DNA of 64,000 bases. It comes from Eledone cirrhosa. Taxonomy: Eukaryota. Positions 27,022 through 42,101 of the stretch are shown piece by piece (the stretch's first letter is position 1; each line of letters begins with the position of its first letter). Location of the stretch: the NCBI GenBank assembly GCA_964016885.1, contig OZ024740.1, forward strand, positions 216,008,001 through 216,072,000, read 5' to 3'. The translations under genes and the position numbers were made by a program. A model generated the notes under the pieces. It saw only the letters and a list, made by a program, of their open reading frames with translations. It was not told where the DNA came from and did not search any database.

Positions 27022-28100
27022 GATAATAATGATGATGATGATGACAATAGTGTTGGTGGTGATGATGATGACAATAGTGATGATGGTGATGATGATGACA
27101 ATAGTGTTGATGGTGATGATGATGACAATAGTGTTGGTGGTGATGATGGTGATGATGACAATAGTGTTGATGGTGATGATGGTGATGATGATGACAATAG
27201 TGTTGATGGTGATGATGATGACAATAGTGTTGATGGTGATGATGATGACAATAGTGTTGGTGGTGATGATGGTGATGATGATGACAATAGTGTTGATGGT
27301 GATGATGATGACAATAGTGTTGGTGGTGATGATGGTGATGATGATGACAATAGTGATGATGGTGATGATGATGACAATAGTGTTGATGGTGATGATGATG
27401 ACAATAGTGTTGGTGGTGATGATGGTGATGATGATGACAATAGTGTTGATGGTGATGATGATGACAATAGTGTTGGTGGTGATGATGGTGATGATGATGA
27501 CAATAGTGTTGATGGTGATGATGATGACAATAGTGTTGGTGGTGATGATGGTGATGATGATGACAATAGTATTGATGGTGATGATGATGACAATAGTGTT
27601 GGTGGTGATGATGATGACAATAGTGTTGGTGGTGATGATGGTGATGATGATGACAATAGTGATGATGGTGATGATGATGACAATAGTATTGATGGTGATG
27701 ATGATGACAATAGTGTTGATGGTGATGATGATGACAATAGTGTTGGTGGTGATGATGGTGATGATGATGACAATAGTGATGATGGTGATGATGATGACAA
27801 TAGTGTTGGTGGTGATGATGGTGATGATGATGACAATAGTGTTGATGATGATGACAATAGTGATGATGGTGATGATGATGACAATAGTGTTGGTGGTGAT
27901 GATGGTGATGATGATGACAATAGTATTGATGGTGATGATGATGACAATAGTGTTGGTGGTGATGATGATGACAATAGTGTTGGTGGTGATGATGGTGATG
28001 ATGATGATGATGATGACAATAGTGTTGGTGGTGATGATGGTGACGATGATGATGACAATAGTGTTGGTGGTGATGACGATGATGATGATAATAACATTGA
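27022..28100. repeat. compound trinucleotide minisatellite (GAT)n-GACAATAGT-GTT/GGT
   Basis: 27/36-bp units. Confidence 0.95.
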
Positions 28101-28606
28101 TGGGGGGGAGGGGGTGATTATGACGAAGAAGAAACAACTACATAGAAATGAAAACGAGGTTGAACATTCCGTCCATACTTTATGTTAGTGTATTGTTAAA
28201 AAGTAAAATGTTAACCCTCTGGTAAGCACATTCGTGTATGTAACCCTTTATGCTTTGATATCTAAATAAACAATTGGAAGCTAATTAACTTCACTTCTTT
28301 TACACAGAATTCCTGGTTTAACTGATCTCCAGTAAATTTAAAACAATATCATTTGTACTCAAATTCTTATATACTCTGTATAACTTAATTGTAAAGCTAC
28401 ACCGGTGACTTGAGGATTTGAAGGTTGGTATTTAAGGGTACTTATCAAACAACCAAAACTATTTACATTACAGTAAATATTAGTTTAAACTGATTCCTTT
28501 CTAATATGAACTCAATATTTTAACACAGAGATTCTTCTATCATAGACACAAAATAATATATCTTACTTTATATTAAATACACTAACTAGAACTATGGAAA
28601 TATATA

Positions 28607-28937
28607 CAGTGGAACCTCAGTCTGTAAACTTAATTCGCTCCTGAAGGCTGTTCGTCATCTGAGACTGTTTTCCCCATACAAAATGCTGAGAGTGAAATAC
28701 ATTGAGAGAGAGAGAGAGACTGCATGTGAAAAACAGATAGATATTACCATAGTAACTAACTGCACAGCAAATAACACTTTTCTGCCAATACTCCCAGCTT
28801 GTTGCTAACTGTTCTTGCTGGTTTGCATGTTTGTTACTCGAGACACTGTTCATCAACTGAGGGTTTTATGTTCAGAAAAATTGTTCATGAAGCAATTTGT
28901 TCATGATGAGAGGTGTACATGAACTGAGGTTCCACTG
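28607..28937. mobile_element. Tigger/pogo-like MITE
   Basis: TA|CAGTGGAACCTCAGT ... ACTGAGGTTCCACTG|TA: perfect 15-bp TIR and TA TSD. Confidence 0.9.
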
Positions 28938-28997
28938 TATATGAAAAAAAGACATTTTGTTTTGTTCACATCATATCAACCTGTAATTTCATGTGGT

Positions 28998-29410
28998 TTC
29001 TGGTATTAATAGATTGTAGTATTCCAGAGATTCTGGCATTAATAAACGGTAGTATTCCAGAGTTTCTCGCATTAATAGATGGTACAGTATTCCAGAGTTT
29101 TTGGCATCAATAGATGGTACAGTATTCCAGAGTTTCTGGCATTAATAAATGGTATTATTCCAGAGTTTCTGGCATTAATAGATGGTACAGTATTCCAGAG
29201 ATTCCGGCATTAATAGATGCTAGTATTCCAGAGTTTCTGGCATTAATAGATGGTAGTATTCCAGAGATTCTGGTATTAATAGATGGTAGTATTCCAGAGA
29301 TTCTGGTATTAATAGATGGTAGTATTCCAGAGTTTCTGGCATTAATAGATGGTAGTATTCCAGAGATTCTGGTATTAATAGATGGTAGTATTCCAGAGAT
29401 TCTGGTATTT
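28998..29410. repeat. 33-bp minisatellite with internal palindrome
   Basis: Unit AGTATTCCAGAGATTCTGGTATTAATAGATGGT, about 12 copies. Confidence 0.9.
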
Positions 29411-29499
29411 TAATCTAACACAATTGACAGCTATTTTAATGTTTGATTCATTTATTTATTCATAAATCTAAAGGTTTCTTATCTTTCTGTCTCAAGCTC

Positions 29500-29720
29500 A
29501 GAGGCTCATCAGGCTGGTGCTTATCCTGGTTTCCATGGAGTGAAGTGTCTGAGAGTACAGGACACCAGTCTATCGCTGGTACTTATTTTCAGTTGAATAT
29601 ACTGAAGCAACATGAAATTAATTGTTTTGTTCAAGAACACAACACACAACCCAGTCCAGCAATTGAACCCATGACATGATCCTAAGTCTAACACCCTTAC
29701 CACTAGGCCAACACCTCCAC
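29500..29720 (-). mobile_element. degenerate CORE-type SINE
   Basis: Minus GGAGGTGTTGGCCTAGTGGTAAGGGTG..GGGTTCAATT..TGTGTTCTTGAACAAAAC. Confidence 0.6.
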
Positions 29721-31140
29721 ATATTTTTTCTAACAAACCTCTGTGGTTCAAAAGATTTTGACCAATGTTATTTAATAAGAACAACTTTAATTTAATGATT
29801 GGTAATAACAAATCTTTATATGTAACACATATATCCATCTTAGAACATGACAACGATAAATTTCTCTGGAAAGTATGGTTAGAATTATTTTTAATATAAA
29901 CCAAAACAGCAGTCTCCATTTCATGCAGTAAAAACTGGCAATGGGCCTGTGACGTGGCTTGGGAGGCGACCCCCAAAGAGGAGTGTTTAAGGACTCTGAC
30001 CCCTCAAGCCTCTCAAGAATAAGTGGATGAAGAAGAAGAAACAAAACAATAGACTATTTTCATTGGGCCATTTGAATCCTCTTCATGAAGAGGAAGAACA
30101 TGCACTGTTGTATGTTCTGCTATTTTAAAGTAATGAATCTTAACCATTAAAAACAAACCAATTAGTGATTCCTGCCAGGTTGATGAAGGTTAATGAGGTT
30201 TTAGTTAGAAGCAATGGCTACCAGATTGAAGCTAGTCTTTAAATATACTCAAACTGGAAATATGGTCCGAAATGGGACAAAGGAACAGTGTTTTATGATG
30301 GTGATGCTAGATCTGTGAAATCTTGCATGCATTAATTTCAATTCTTCTTATTATAACTATACTGTTTCTTTCCAGGGACTATATTGAAAAATAAACCTCA
30401 CTTGTTCATTCCATGAGAGTATCTTTGTCAGCCTATGAACTTTTCAACCAACTCTCATAAAAGAAAAGCAAATTTTCTATAAAATTCTGCATTCATAAAA
30501 TTCTAAACAATTGTTTTCAACAACAAAAGACAACATTTTCCCTCCATTTTAATAGCAACTTGCCTGAAATCACCCATACTACAGAGTTCACATTTAAATG
30601 AAAATTTTGACTAAAATCTCATTACAACAGAAGTAATAATGTAATTTCAATTGGTCAACATTTTCCATGATATATACCAGCCAAGGTCAATAAAATAAAT
30701 TACCAGTCAAGTATTGAAATTGACTTTATCACCCCTCACCTCCCTCCAATTACTGATTTTGTGCCTACGGCCTGTCGGGGAGGTTAGTAGCCTTGATTCA
30801 GTACTGACACAGTCTTTGAAGACCAATCCAACCCTTGCTAGTGTGGAAAATGATGATGATGATAATGCAAAATTAGATTTTGCAGAGTTGTACTAGTTTG
30901 TCAAATGACTAGATCTGAGACCATGTGTTAAAACTAAAGTAATTTCATCATGAAAAGTCATTTTAACCATTCAAAGAGCACATAAAATCTTTTACATTCA
31001 TTTTACATTCATTATTTATTTCCTAATGTCCAAATTTCCGTCACACTGTTTGTCACCTGGTCACTGTAAAGTGAATTTAACAATTTTTGTGTGAGTTTTG
31101 AATGGCTAAAATTACTCTTCCACATGTAATTTCAAAATTA

Positions 31141-31325
31141 CTGTATATACTCAAATATAAGCAGGGGAATATGTGACCAAAACATTGACAGCAGAAGTGG
31201 GGTCGGCTTATATTTTGACAACTTAAAATTCTACGTAAATATGGTTTGAATTTTTTCCCATTTCTCAGACATAAAATAGTGGGGTTGGCTTATATTCGTA
31301 TCAGCTTATATTCAAGTGTATAGGG
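31141..31325. mobile_element. Tc2-like (Tc1/mariner) MITE; related pieces at about 12520-12592 and 24607-24790
   Basis: TA|CTGTATATACTCAAATATAAGC ... GCTTATATTCAAGTGTATAGGG|TA. Confidence 0.7.
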
Positions 31326-31844
31326 TAGATATTTTACTAAAACCTCTGAAAATGTTTGGTTATATAGAATATAACTATGTAAGCAGTCTACTCATCAGAA
31401 ATAAAGTATCAAAAGGGTTAATCCACTCATAGAATGATTGTGAACTGGAGTGGGAGGGTTGAATATTTTAAACATGGCTAGTATAACTAAGGTTGTTGTT
31501 TTTTATAACTATGGAGACATTATCTATTCAATATACAAAATCTCACAATGTCATGAAAGACCTTTGACAATTATATAAAAATAATTGAGAAGTATCTAAT
31601 AAAAACAAAACAATTAAAGGTAACAGGGGAGGAAGGAGAAAAAAGAAACTGAAAAGGAGAAAAAAAAGAAAAATCAATTGGTGAAAGAGAGGGAGAGGGT
31701 CAGTCACTGCACTCCAGTTTGAGCTGTGCCTTTAGGAATTTAACATTTCATGAAAAGATGTGTAGCTAAACATTTTTAGTAGGATACAATGTAATTCAAA
31801 ATATGAAATAATGGTTTTTGAAGTTTGAAGAATTTTGTACTTAC

Positions 31845-32184
31845 ACAATATTATGCTTCTGATTCCTACCATCTTCAGGTTTACAAACAGACCCTGAAGC
31901 AACCATAGAAGTTGGTGTAGAGGAAGAATTCTCAACACAGTTTTCCATAGTGGAATTCTGTTCCATTTGTTGATGATGCAATCGGCGCATATCTTTATCA
32001 CGAGCTCGCTGCAAACCTCCATGTAGAAAGTATTTGTGGATGATATCTCGACACCATGTAATGCGAGTCTGGGGTAAGTAAGACCAATGGTCAACTGCTA
32101 AGTGGTGCATAGCATCAGCATAGTCAATTAAAAGTTGACCATTCTTACAGTGTTCTTCCCAAATCTTCTGGAAATCTCCTCCAG
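31845..32184 (-). CDS. SAMTOR: internal coding exon of S-adenosylmethionine sensor upstream of mTORC1 (SAMTOR/BMT2/C7orf60 homologue)
   Basis: Acceptor TTTTTCTGTCTTTTGTAG, donor GT|GTAAGT. Open frame GGDFQKIWEEHCKNGQLLIDYADAMHHLAVDHWSYLPQTRITWCRDIIHKYFLHGGLQRARDKDMRR resembles human SAMTOR as recalled (GDFDKIWREHC..EYAVAMKNLADNHW..RIEWC..EYFQNGG..ALEKDEKR). Confidence 0.88.
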
Positions 32185-33124
32185 CTACAAAAGACAGAAA
32201 AAAAAATGAAAATATTTAAGAAATATGAAGAGCCCAATCATTATGTTTCTATTTGAGAAACAAATGGTATAGATGGTGAAAAAAACGTTATAGAAACACA
32301 ACAGAAGGATATCACTGAAGATGTCACAGAAAAATATGTGTGACAAAAGAAATTTGAGAACTTTTGAGAAATTATATTTATATTAATAATTTTAACTGTT
32401 GGTCAATCAATGATAAACATTGATTGCCAGCTAAATTATTTAGAAACAATTTAAAGATATACTGAACTGAAGTGAAAACCAAACCAAACAGTGAGTGTGT
32501 TTTACTATTTTTGGCAATATTAGGATAACATGACCCTCCCCAAATATAACAATATCTGTTTCAACACACAATTTCATATCACAAACCAAAGAGTGAGTGT
32601 ATTTTATTATTTTTGGCAATATTAGGACATGACCCTATACAAATATAACAATAAATGGTTAGGGAAATGAACAGAATCAATTATTTTTATTTTTACTGTT
32701 TAGTCCGAGGGTGTTGGGGGTGGGGCAGCCATGACCCTTTTCACAGCCTCTGAGACTAGTAGGAAGAAAGCAAAATAAATCCTCAAACTGAAAAGCTGAC
32801 CTGAATGATTGCAACAAAGTGGGCCAGGTAGGGTTGATAAACAGGGTGATGGATTAAGTTTACCACCCAAGTAGGTCACAGCATAATTTGAACTTAGAAT
32901 ACAAAAACCACAGGAAGAAATACTGCAAGGCATCATATCTGACAGTGTAATGATTTCACCACCCCACCACCACCCTCCACTGACATTTCATTTTATCAAC
33001 TTCCAAAAGATGAAAGAAACAGCTGACCTTGAACTTGGAGTGCAGAAAGCTAGAATAAATACTGCAAGGTATTTTATTCAACAATCTAACATCTGTCAAT
33101 TTGTCACCTAATAACAATATATGA

Positions 33125-33935
33125 TGGCCATGCTCAGTGTGTAGGAAAGGAGTAGGCAGAAATTCCATTTTATGTCCCAAATGCAAAGTATGGGTACATA
33201 AAAGATGTAGTGGGATCACAGGTAAACTATCTAAGAACGTAGACTTTATATGTGGCTGATGCTCAGGTGCAATAAGTAGCAAGTGTCCACAGGATACTAG
33301 CTCCTTCTATTGCCCAGATGGTTCTATAGAAATAGTAGACACTTTCCGTTACCTGCGTGACGAAATCAGCAGTGGAGGAGGGTGTTCTGAAAGTACAGTA
33401 GCCAGAGTCAGAACGGGATGGAAAAAGTTCAGAGAGCTTATACCGCTGTTGGCCACAAAAGGTTTCTTTCTAAAAATGAAAGGCAGATTGTATGATGCTT
33501 GTATACGAACAGCAATGCTATATGGCAGTGAGACATGGGCATTACGTGCAGAGGACCTGCGCAGACTGGAAAGGAACGAAGCATGCATGCTCCGTTGGAT
33601 GTGTAATAGTAATATACATGAATGGCAAAGGATAAATGAACTAATTGAGAAATTAGGAATAAGAGGTATCAGATGCTGTTTACTTGAGAGAAGACTACAT
33701 TGGTATGGCCACGTGATGCGCATGAAAGACGACAGCTGTATAAAAAAGTGCAGGGCGATCAAAATTGATGGTAGTTATGGAGTAGGTAGACCCAGAAAAA
33801 CCTGGGACGATCTAATAAATTCCGACCTTACATACTTGCACCTCTCTAAGACAATGTCACTGGACCGAGATCTTTGGCATTACGCAGTAATACAGAAGAC
33901 CCGCCTTGCCTATGTACAAAGCGAAACCTAGTCAG
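33125..33935 (+). mobile_element. RTE-clade LINE fragment, largely open frame
   Basis: WPCSVCRKGVGRNSI zinc knuckle; GWKKFREL; KGRLYDACIRTAMLYGSETWAL; RRLHWYGHVMR; GRPRKTW. Confidence 0.92.
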
Positions 33936-34237
33936 TAGCCACCTCTTAAACAAATATACACCCCAATCCACTACGCCTACCATATCCTCCTACTCCCACC
34001 AACACCACCCTCTCTCTATAAAGTTGGTACCACAACATCCAGTCCAAATTAATGAGATAATGAGTTTGAGATTGTGTAGGTGTCACGACAAAAAACACAC
34101 AGTCCACATCAAGATGCCATGAGAATATGAATGCTGCAAGAAACAGCATTTCTAAATGTATGCAGGGATAAAACAATAAATATTAGATTAAAATATTTCT
34201 TTCTATATGCCTGGAGTTATGTGATATGTTACATTAA

Positions 34238-34467
34238 CCCTTTCATGACCATATTTCTAATGAAATACATACTATTTTAATTAATTAATGAAGAATTTTG
34301 AAGGATTTATTAAAATTATTAATTATTTATTACTAAGATAGTAACTTAATGTAAGGTTCTTAAATAATATTATGTTGGAAGATTTTAATTTGAATTGAAA
34401 ATCTTTAAAATGGGTGGTTTTATTTCCTAGAACCAAACTGGTTATGGCCGGTTTGGTAACTAAAGGG
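34238..34467. mobile_element. piggyBac-type MITE; related copies near 21940-22198, 31420 and 42960-43113
   Basis: TTAA|CCCTTT ... AAAGGG|TTAA. Confidence 0.7.
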
Positions 34468-35459
34468 TTAAGGTATTTTAAAAAGTAATCATTAGACTAT
34501 AGAAGAGTACATAAATAATTTGGGAATTCTACACCATACCATGACAGACTCAGGTGTAACTGCATCCTAAATGAGTTCAGCTCCTGGGTGATGGAGTGCT
34601 TGATGAAATCAATGATGACTTTCAGTAAGAATCTAAAAGTAACAACAAATTTCAGAGTTTGACACAAAATCCTATTCCACCTTTGAGAAGTCCCTTGTCT
34701 CTCATGTTTTTTTTTCTTTGACAATTCTGACCTCATTACTCAACACTGACCTCATTAATCTTGCAGTGTTATATCTATATTTCAGAAGAAGCTAAAGACA
34801 CACAACATCAACATCATCATCATCATCACAGTTTAACGTCCAGTTTTCTACACTACGGACACTATTTCTATTTCACTTTAAACTAATTAAAAGAAACAAA
34901 AAGTAGTATTTAAGAGTTTCATTTAAAGTTGATAAAAGGACAGAAGATGACAAAAGACAAGTAACTGTTTGTTTCTAACCAGCCTCCAGCTGCTGCAGCT
35001 TGTCTTCAACTATATATATATGATTAATAGATCTCAGCTAGGTGATCACTTCTGCTTGAAAGAACATCATTGATATATCTACAGTACACAGTTCTCCCTT
35101 ACTTTAAACCTACAGAGCTAACTAAGCAAGCTATATCTATTTCAATAGACATAACTTGACACTGATTTAATAGGCATCTTCAGCTTGTGAAGATGATAAT
35201 ATTGAATAAGTAAATAAATGTGACAATTTATAAAAGCAAAACAAGAGACCCTCCACCCCTGCTGTGTATTAAAAAAAACCTTTATGCTTTAATCTGACCT
35301 AGATATTTATTTGTTTTGTTTAAACATCTTTATGTCTGTTTTTTTTTTTTTTTACTTTTTCTTTTTTTTTGTTTGTTCTGTAGTGATTTGAAAGATTTCA
35401 GATATTTCCAATCTCTGGAACAGCAAATATTTTACTGGTGGAGATCTCCTTACTTTCTC

Positions 35460-35740
35460 TAAATATCTAAACTGTGGAGTATCTCCAATCTCTGATCTGA
35501 ATTCACAAGATCCCAGACTTCACTCACTTTCTGAGAATGGTAGAACTTGTAAGATTGGACCAAGGAAACAATGTTTCCATTGGTCTTTCCAATTGCTGAT
35601 ACCATCTATCAGTTGCAACTCCTGACAGAAACTATCATGAAATAAAGTGTCTTGCTCAAGGACATAACACATTGCTCAGTCTGAGAATGAAACTCTTAAC
35701 CTCATGATTGTCAATCCAATTCTCTAACCACTAAGCCACC
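35460..35740 (-). mobile_element. CORE-type SINE
   Basis: Reverse of GGTGGCTTAGTGGTTAGAG..GAGTTTCATTC..TGTCCTTGAGCAAGACACTTTATTTCA. Confidence 0.7.
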
Positions 35741-35939
35741 TCAGTAAGGTTAAATAAGTTTAATACAGAAGTTTGGCCTCCTTCTCCCCTGCAACTCCTT
35801 TCCCCACATTATCATTTTACAGCTGCTTTCTATGCTGCCATGGGTTGGAGAGATCATTACAGACCAAATCACACACCTACATTCCACTTTTGGCATTGGT
35901 TCTACACCTGGATGTCTGTCTAAACACTACCTACTTTAT

Positions 35940-36385
35940 ATCATCATCATTGTTTTTACGTCCACTCTTTCATGCTTGCATCGGTTGGACAGGTCCTACT
36001 CAGCATGGCATCTCTCCACTTGTCGCGTTCTTTCGTCATCTCCTCTGCCAGTCTTAGCAATTTGAGGTCTGCTCTCACAACCTCCGCCCAGGTCTTTCTT
36101 GGTCGTCCTCTATTGTAGCTTTCTTCCACTGGGATTTCCTGGCATTTCTTCCCCCAATGGTCATTGTTCATGAGCATCACATGTCCATACCAACACAGTC
36201 TTCTCTCCTGTACACCATCTTGGATTCCCCTTAAGCGCAGCTTCTCTCTCAGCTCTTCCAATCTCTGCCTTTCTCTCACATTTTTACATTGCACATCTAA
36301 CGAAATGTGGCTGCTTCATTTCTCTACAGTCTACACATGTCCTCTGAGGTCAGAGCCTGTGTTTCACTACCTTGCAGCAAGTACA
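35940..36385 (-). mobile_element. RTE-clade LINE 3' fragment
   Basis: RRLCWYGHVM..RGRPRKTWAEVVRADL; (GAT)n tail; same family as 13748. Confidence 0.9.
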
Positions 36386-38109
36386 TACAATAATGTAGGT
36401 GGTGTAATGAAGGATTCGTAGCCATAGAATTAACCCAAGCCAAAAACAGATGGATTGTATATGCAGGACATGGCCATCTGGGCTGACTAGCCACATAGTG
36501 TGACAACTTGGCTAACTAATGCAAGCATAGAAAATAGATGTTAAATGATGATGATGCATAGTGCAGGCATGTGGCCTTGGGGTTTGGGATCTGAACTTAG
36601 ATTTATGAGGTTGTAAAGATATTTTAAGGTCAAGTCGTTGGAATAAAACCTGATCATAACGTGGGGAATCTTCATGTGTATGTGTGGGTGTGTATACATA
36701 CATGCTTACAAACATACATGATTGCATACACACATACATACATATGTACATACGTACACACATACATACATATGTTCATACACACCCCAACACACAAATA
36801 CATATACACACATATATATACATACATAGATACACATAAATATAAACTGGCCCTGGACATATAAGTAAAGACAAATCTAATGAAATTAATTTAATCTTGG
36901 AACTGCTGTTGGGTGGATAAAGTATCTAGCCTAATGTTGGCATTTGCAATAAGCTCATCAAAGTTTCTGATTTCTTGTTCAACCATCTAAACAACCGACC
37001 TAAGGGAGGAGCCCCATGAGGTAGTGTAGCTGTTGGTGTTGCTGGCTGTTATCCATGGCAATGTCTTCATTTTGTCTGCAAGACATGACTGGGAGATACC
37101 ATTGAGTGAGTAGGGTGGATAGTCTTCATTCAATATGTGGATATTTGATTACAATGTTTTATAATTATACTTAACCTGATAATCACAGTCAATGTTTCTG
37201 TATGATCTCAACCAGCCTTATTGTTTACAACCCTTCAACATTGAAAAAAATGTTTTCAGCATTTTAGCATGGTCCAAATATTTGGGGTTTTTCTCTTTCT
37301 AATATTATATGTATCTGGTATAGAATAAATTCAGTGTAACTTTGCATGATGTAAGAGGCAACTAAAAAGGTTGGCACCAGTAAAGGACATATGGTTGTAG
37401 AACATAGCCCAAGAAGGGACCCCATGATGAGTATGAGGCCTATCTTAGGGTCCACCAAGCTAACCTCTAGTTTAGCAGGTATAATAGCTTAAAAAAGCTG
37501 ATTGTTACCTTTCTAATTAGATTTATGTCTTAATATATTGTCATTTATCTCTTCCCTCTCATCAGTGAAATCTCTGTTGGTGTGTGAAACTATTTCCAAT
37601 ATCCATAAAATAACAACATGTAACATGCCTAGCTTAATGGTCAAATTCACACATCACACACTACACATTTACCCATCACATACTACACATTCACCCATCA
37701 CATACTACACATTCACCCATCACATACTACACATTCACACATTACATATTACACATTCACACACTACACATTCTCACATCACATATTGCACATTCACACA
37801 TTCACACACAACACATTCACACATCACATACTACACATTCATACACATACATAGACAGACACAGACATACAGACACAGATATATACACACATGTGGTGAC
37901 TAATTTGGGATAAAAGTAAAAATCTAACTATACGGCTGAATAACTGATGTTAGAAAGATCAATGAAGTGTAAAATAATTGCCCCGGCACTTCATTCTAAT
38001 GTCGGACATATGCCTTGATGTAAACACTTTATTAAAAAGGAAAAAATATTCAGGAAAAGGCAAGAGATAAAAACATCTGCTTCTGCTTTCATACAGAAAT
38101 AACAGAATA

Positions 38110-39585
<1,476 letters not shown>

Positions 39586-39614
39586 TTATATATATATATA
39601 TATGTGTGTGTGTG

Positions 39615-39645
<31 letters not shown>

Positions 39646-40460
39646 ATGTATATATATGTGTGTGTGTGTGTATGTATATATATGTGTGTGTGTGTGTGTA
39701 TATATATTTGCGTGTATGTATATATATGTGTGTGTGTGTATATATATATATGTGTGTGCGTGTATATACACACACACATAGCCCCCTGCATGCCGACATA
39801 TTTCCCAAAGTTCCCCTCCACTCCCATCCATCACCCTCTCTTCACCTCCCTTCCTCATCCAATCCCCGCCATCATGGACAGAAGTGTTCCTCTCCACATG
39901 GTGTTTCTTCCTTCCACTCACATCCTTAATTCCCTTTCCCTGTCTAACCCATGCTGACATAGAGAGCCAAGCATGCCTCAATATACTCGCAGGTGTAACC
40001 CACTCCCTTCCAAGCCACCACCCTGACCCAATGTTCCCCTTCCCCAGCATGCAACATTTAGCCTGCTCTCTTCTCATGTTTACACCTCCTATCAATACTT
40101 CCCCAACCTGGCCAAGTACCCCAGTGTTGTGGTGAGGTAGAACTGCCCACCCTGTAAAGTGGTAATGCTGGAGACCACAATAAAAAATACTCAATCTAGT
40201 CTGTCCCCCCCCCCCCCCCCCACTACTTTCTTTCTTCTTTACCACCCCCTCCCCTTCTTTCTTTACTCTCCCTTTCTTTCCTTTCCTCCCAATTTTTTTC
40301 ATTTTCTTCTCCCTGTGAGTATACCTCTGTATTACTATTTCTACATTACCAGAGCTCACCCCCACTACCTCATCCTCACTCCACCATCCAACCCATTCCT
40401 TGCTCCTGTTGTTTTTCTATATATAGTGTGTGTCTCTTTCTCTCCATCTCTGAAAATTTA

Positions 40461-40513
40461 GTCTTATCTGATGACCCTGTGAGTACACAGAAAAAACTCT
40501 AGAGTATCAAGAC
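40461..40513 (+). ncRNA. degenerate minimal type I hammerhead motif (Penelope-like)
   Basis: GTCTTAT-CTGATGA-CC-CTGTG AGTA CACAG-AAAAA(GAAA mutated)-ACTCTAGAGT-A-TCAAGAC. Confidence 0.5.
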
Positions 40514-40647
40514 ATAAATTTGGCCTTTATTTATCTATATATATAAATATATATTTTCCCTATAACATATCATTTATAAAGAAACCCCTAATGTTTTAAT
40601 TCTTTCACTATATGTATGTATGTGTATATATATATATATATATATTT

Positions 40648-40714
<67 letters not shown>

Positions 40715-41272
40715 AGTCAACATGAGAAATGGACATAAAAAGGTGATGATTATATGTGTGTATGTATATATAAATATATATATGTGTGTGTATATAAAGA
40801 TAGATTAGATTGATGTGAATATGGTAGGTAAAAATACAGTTCGAAGTGGATAGTTGGCAGGGAAAAGATGGAGAGGGGTGGGGTGAAGGAGAGAGAGGAA
40901 TCTGCCCAATAAATCAATCAATTTATTGATCAGTCTGTATGAAATGTCACGATGATAATGGAAAGAAGCAGATCACAGAAAATAATAAAGATATCGATAA
41001 AAGACCATAGATGGACATTGCAAATGGTGAGAAGGAAGAGAAGGAATTCTTAGAGAAGAGGAAGAGAAACATTTTGTTATAATTTCTTTCATTGTACAGT
41101 AAAATGATTTTGAAGAGAAATTGTAGGTATTGTTTCATGTAAAACGGAGACATCTAATTTTATCTTGTAGCTGTGTCCAGCAGAAATATGCAAGTTTCAC
41201 TCAATAAATTGGCATATTGTAATCAGTGATGGAAGCAAGGAAGCTAAGCCAAACCATATTCCTGTTATTGAT

Positions 41273-41321
41273 TTAAAGTACAAGACATTTTATTGATTTT
41301 TCAGATTTTGTTTCTTTGATT
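41273..41321 (-). CDS. candidate terminal exon ending in a CaaX box (IKETKSEKSIKCLVL*)
   Basis: Acceptor TTCTTGATTTCAG downstream of a (TTC)n tract; lysine-rich peptide plus CLVL-stop; no homology recognised. Confidence 0.3.
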
Positions 41322-41351
41322 CTGAAATCAAGAATTTATTTAGGAGAGGCA

Positions 41352-41526
41352 GAAAGAAGAAGAAGAAGAAGAAGAAGAAGAAGAAGAAGAAGAAGAAGAA
41401 GAAGAAGAAGAAGAAGAAGAAGAAGACAAAGACGAAGAAGAAGACAAAGATGAAGAAGAAGACAAAGAAGAAGAAGACAAAGAAGAAGAAGAAGACAAAG
41501 AAGAAGAAGACAAAGAAGAAGAAGAA

Positions 41527-41558
<32 letters not shown>

Positions 41559-41607
41559 AGATGAAGAAGAGGAAGAAGAAGAAGACAAAGAAGAAGAAGA
41601 CAAAGAA

Positions 41608-41669
<62 letters not shown>

Positions 41670-41788
41670 AGAGGAAGAGGAAGAAGAGGAAGAAGAAGAG
41701 GAAGAGGAAGAAGAAGAAGAAGAAGAAGAAGAAGAAGAAGAAGAAGAAGAAGAAGAAGAAGAAGAAGAAGAAGAAGAAGAAGAAGAAA
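41352..41788. repeat. (GAA)n purine tract with GAC/GAG interruptions
   Basis: Direct inspection. Confidence 0.97.
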
Positions 41789-42101
41789 CATATATATTTA
41801 AACTTCTGTTTATTAATGATGTGGTGGCTGTGTGGTGTAGTGGTGGGGATTCATCATTTCATCATTTGTATGTCATGTTAAATCTAATTATATTATTTTA
41901 CACATGTCAAGTGGGAGCAGGGAAGTTGATAATATGATGGCTGCTTCTAGACTGTATTTTAAAAATAAAATAAAGTTGTAAACAGAATTTGGACAACTGC
42001 ATTAAGTGTTTAGCTAAATAAAAACAACAAATACAAAGAGAATTGAATGAAAATTTTCCTGCAAGATTTTAAGATAAAAAACAAAATATTTAAACAAGTG
42101 T

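Noticed and set aside
26929-28188. 419-aa Asp-rich ORF resembling an acidic biomineral protein
   Set aside because: Trinucleotide minisatellite open in several frames on both strands; starts in a LINE tail at GTG; no signal peptide
29739-29865. Exon-like segment (KLKLFLLNNIGQ) as the next SAMTOR exon
   Set aside because: Lacks the LLDVGSC.NPF motif, and the frame compatible with the GT|GTAAGT donor hits a stop
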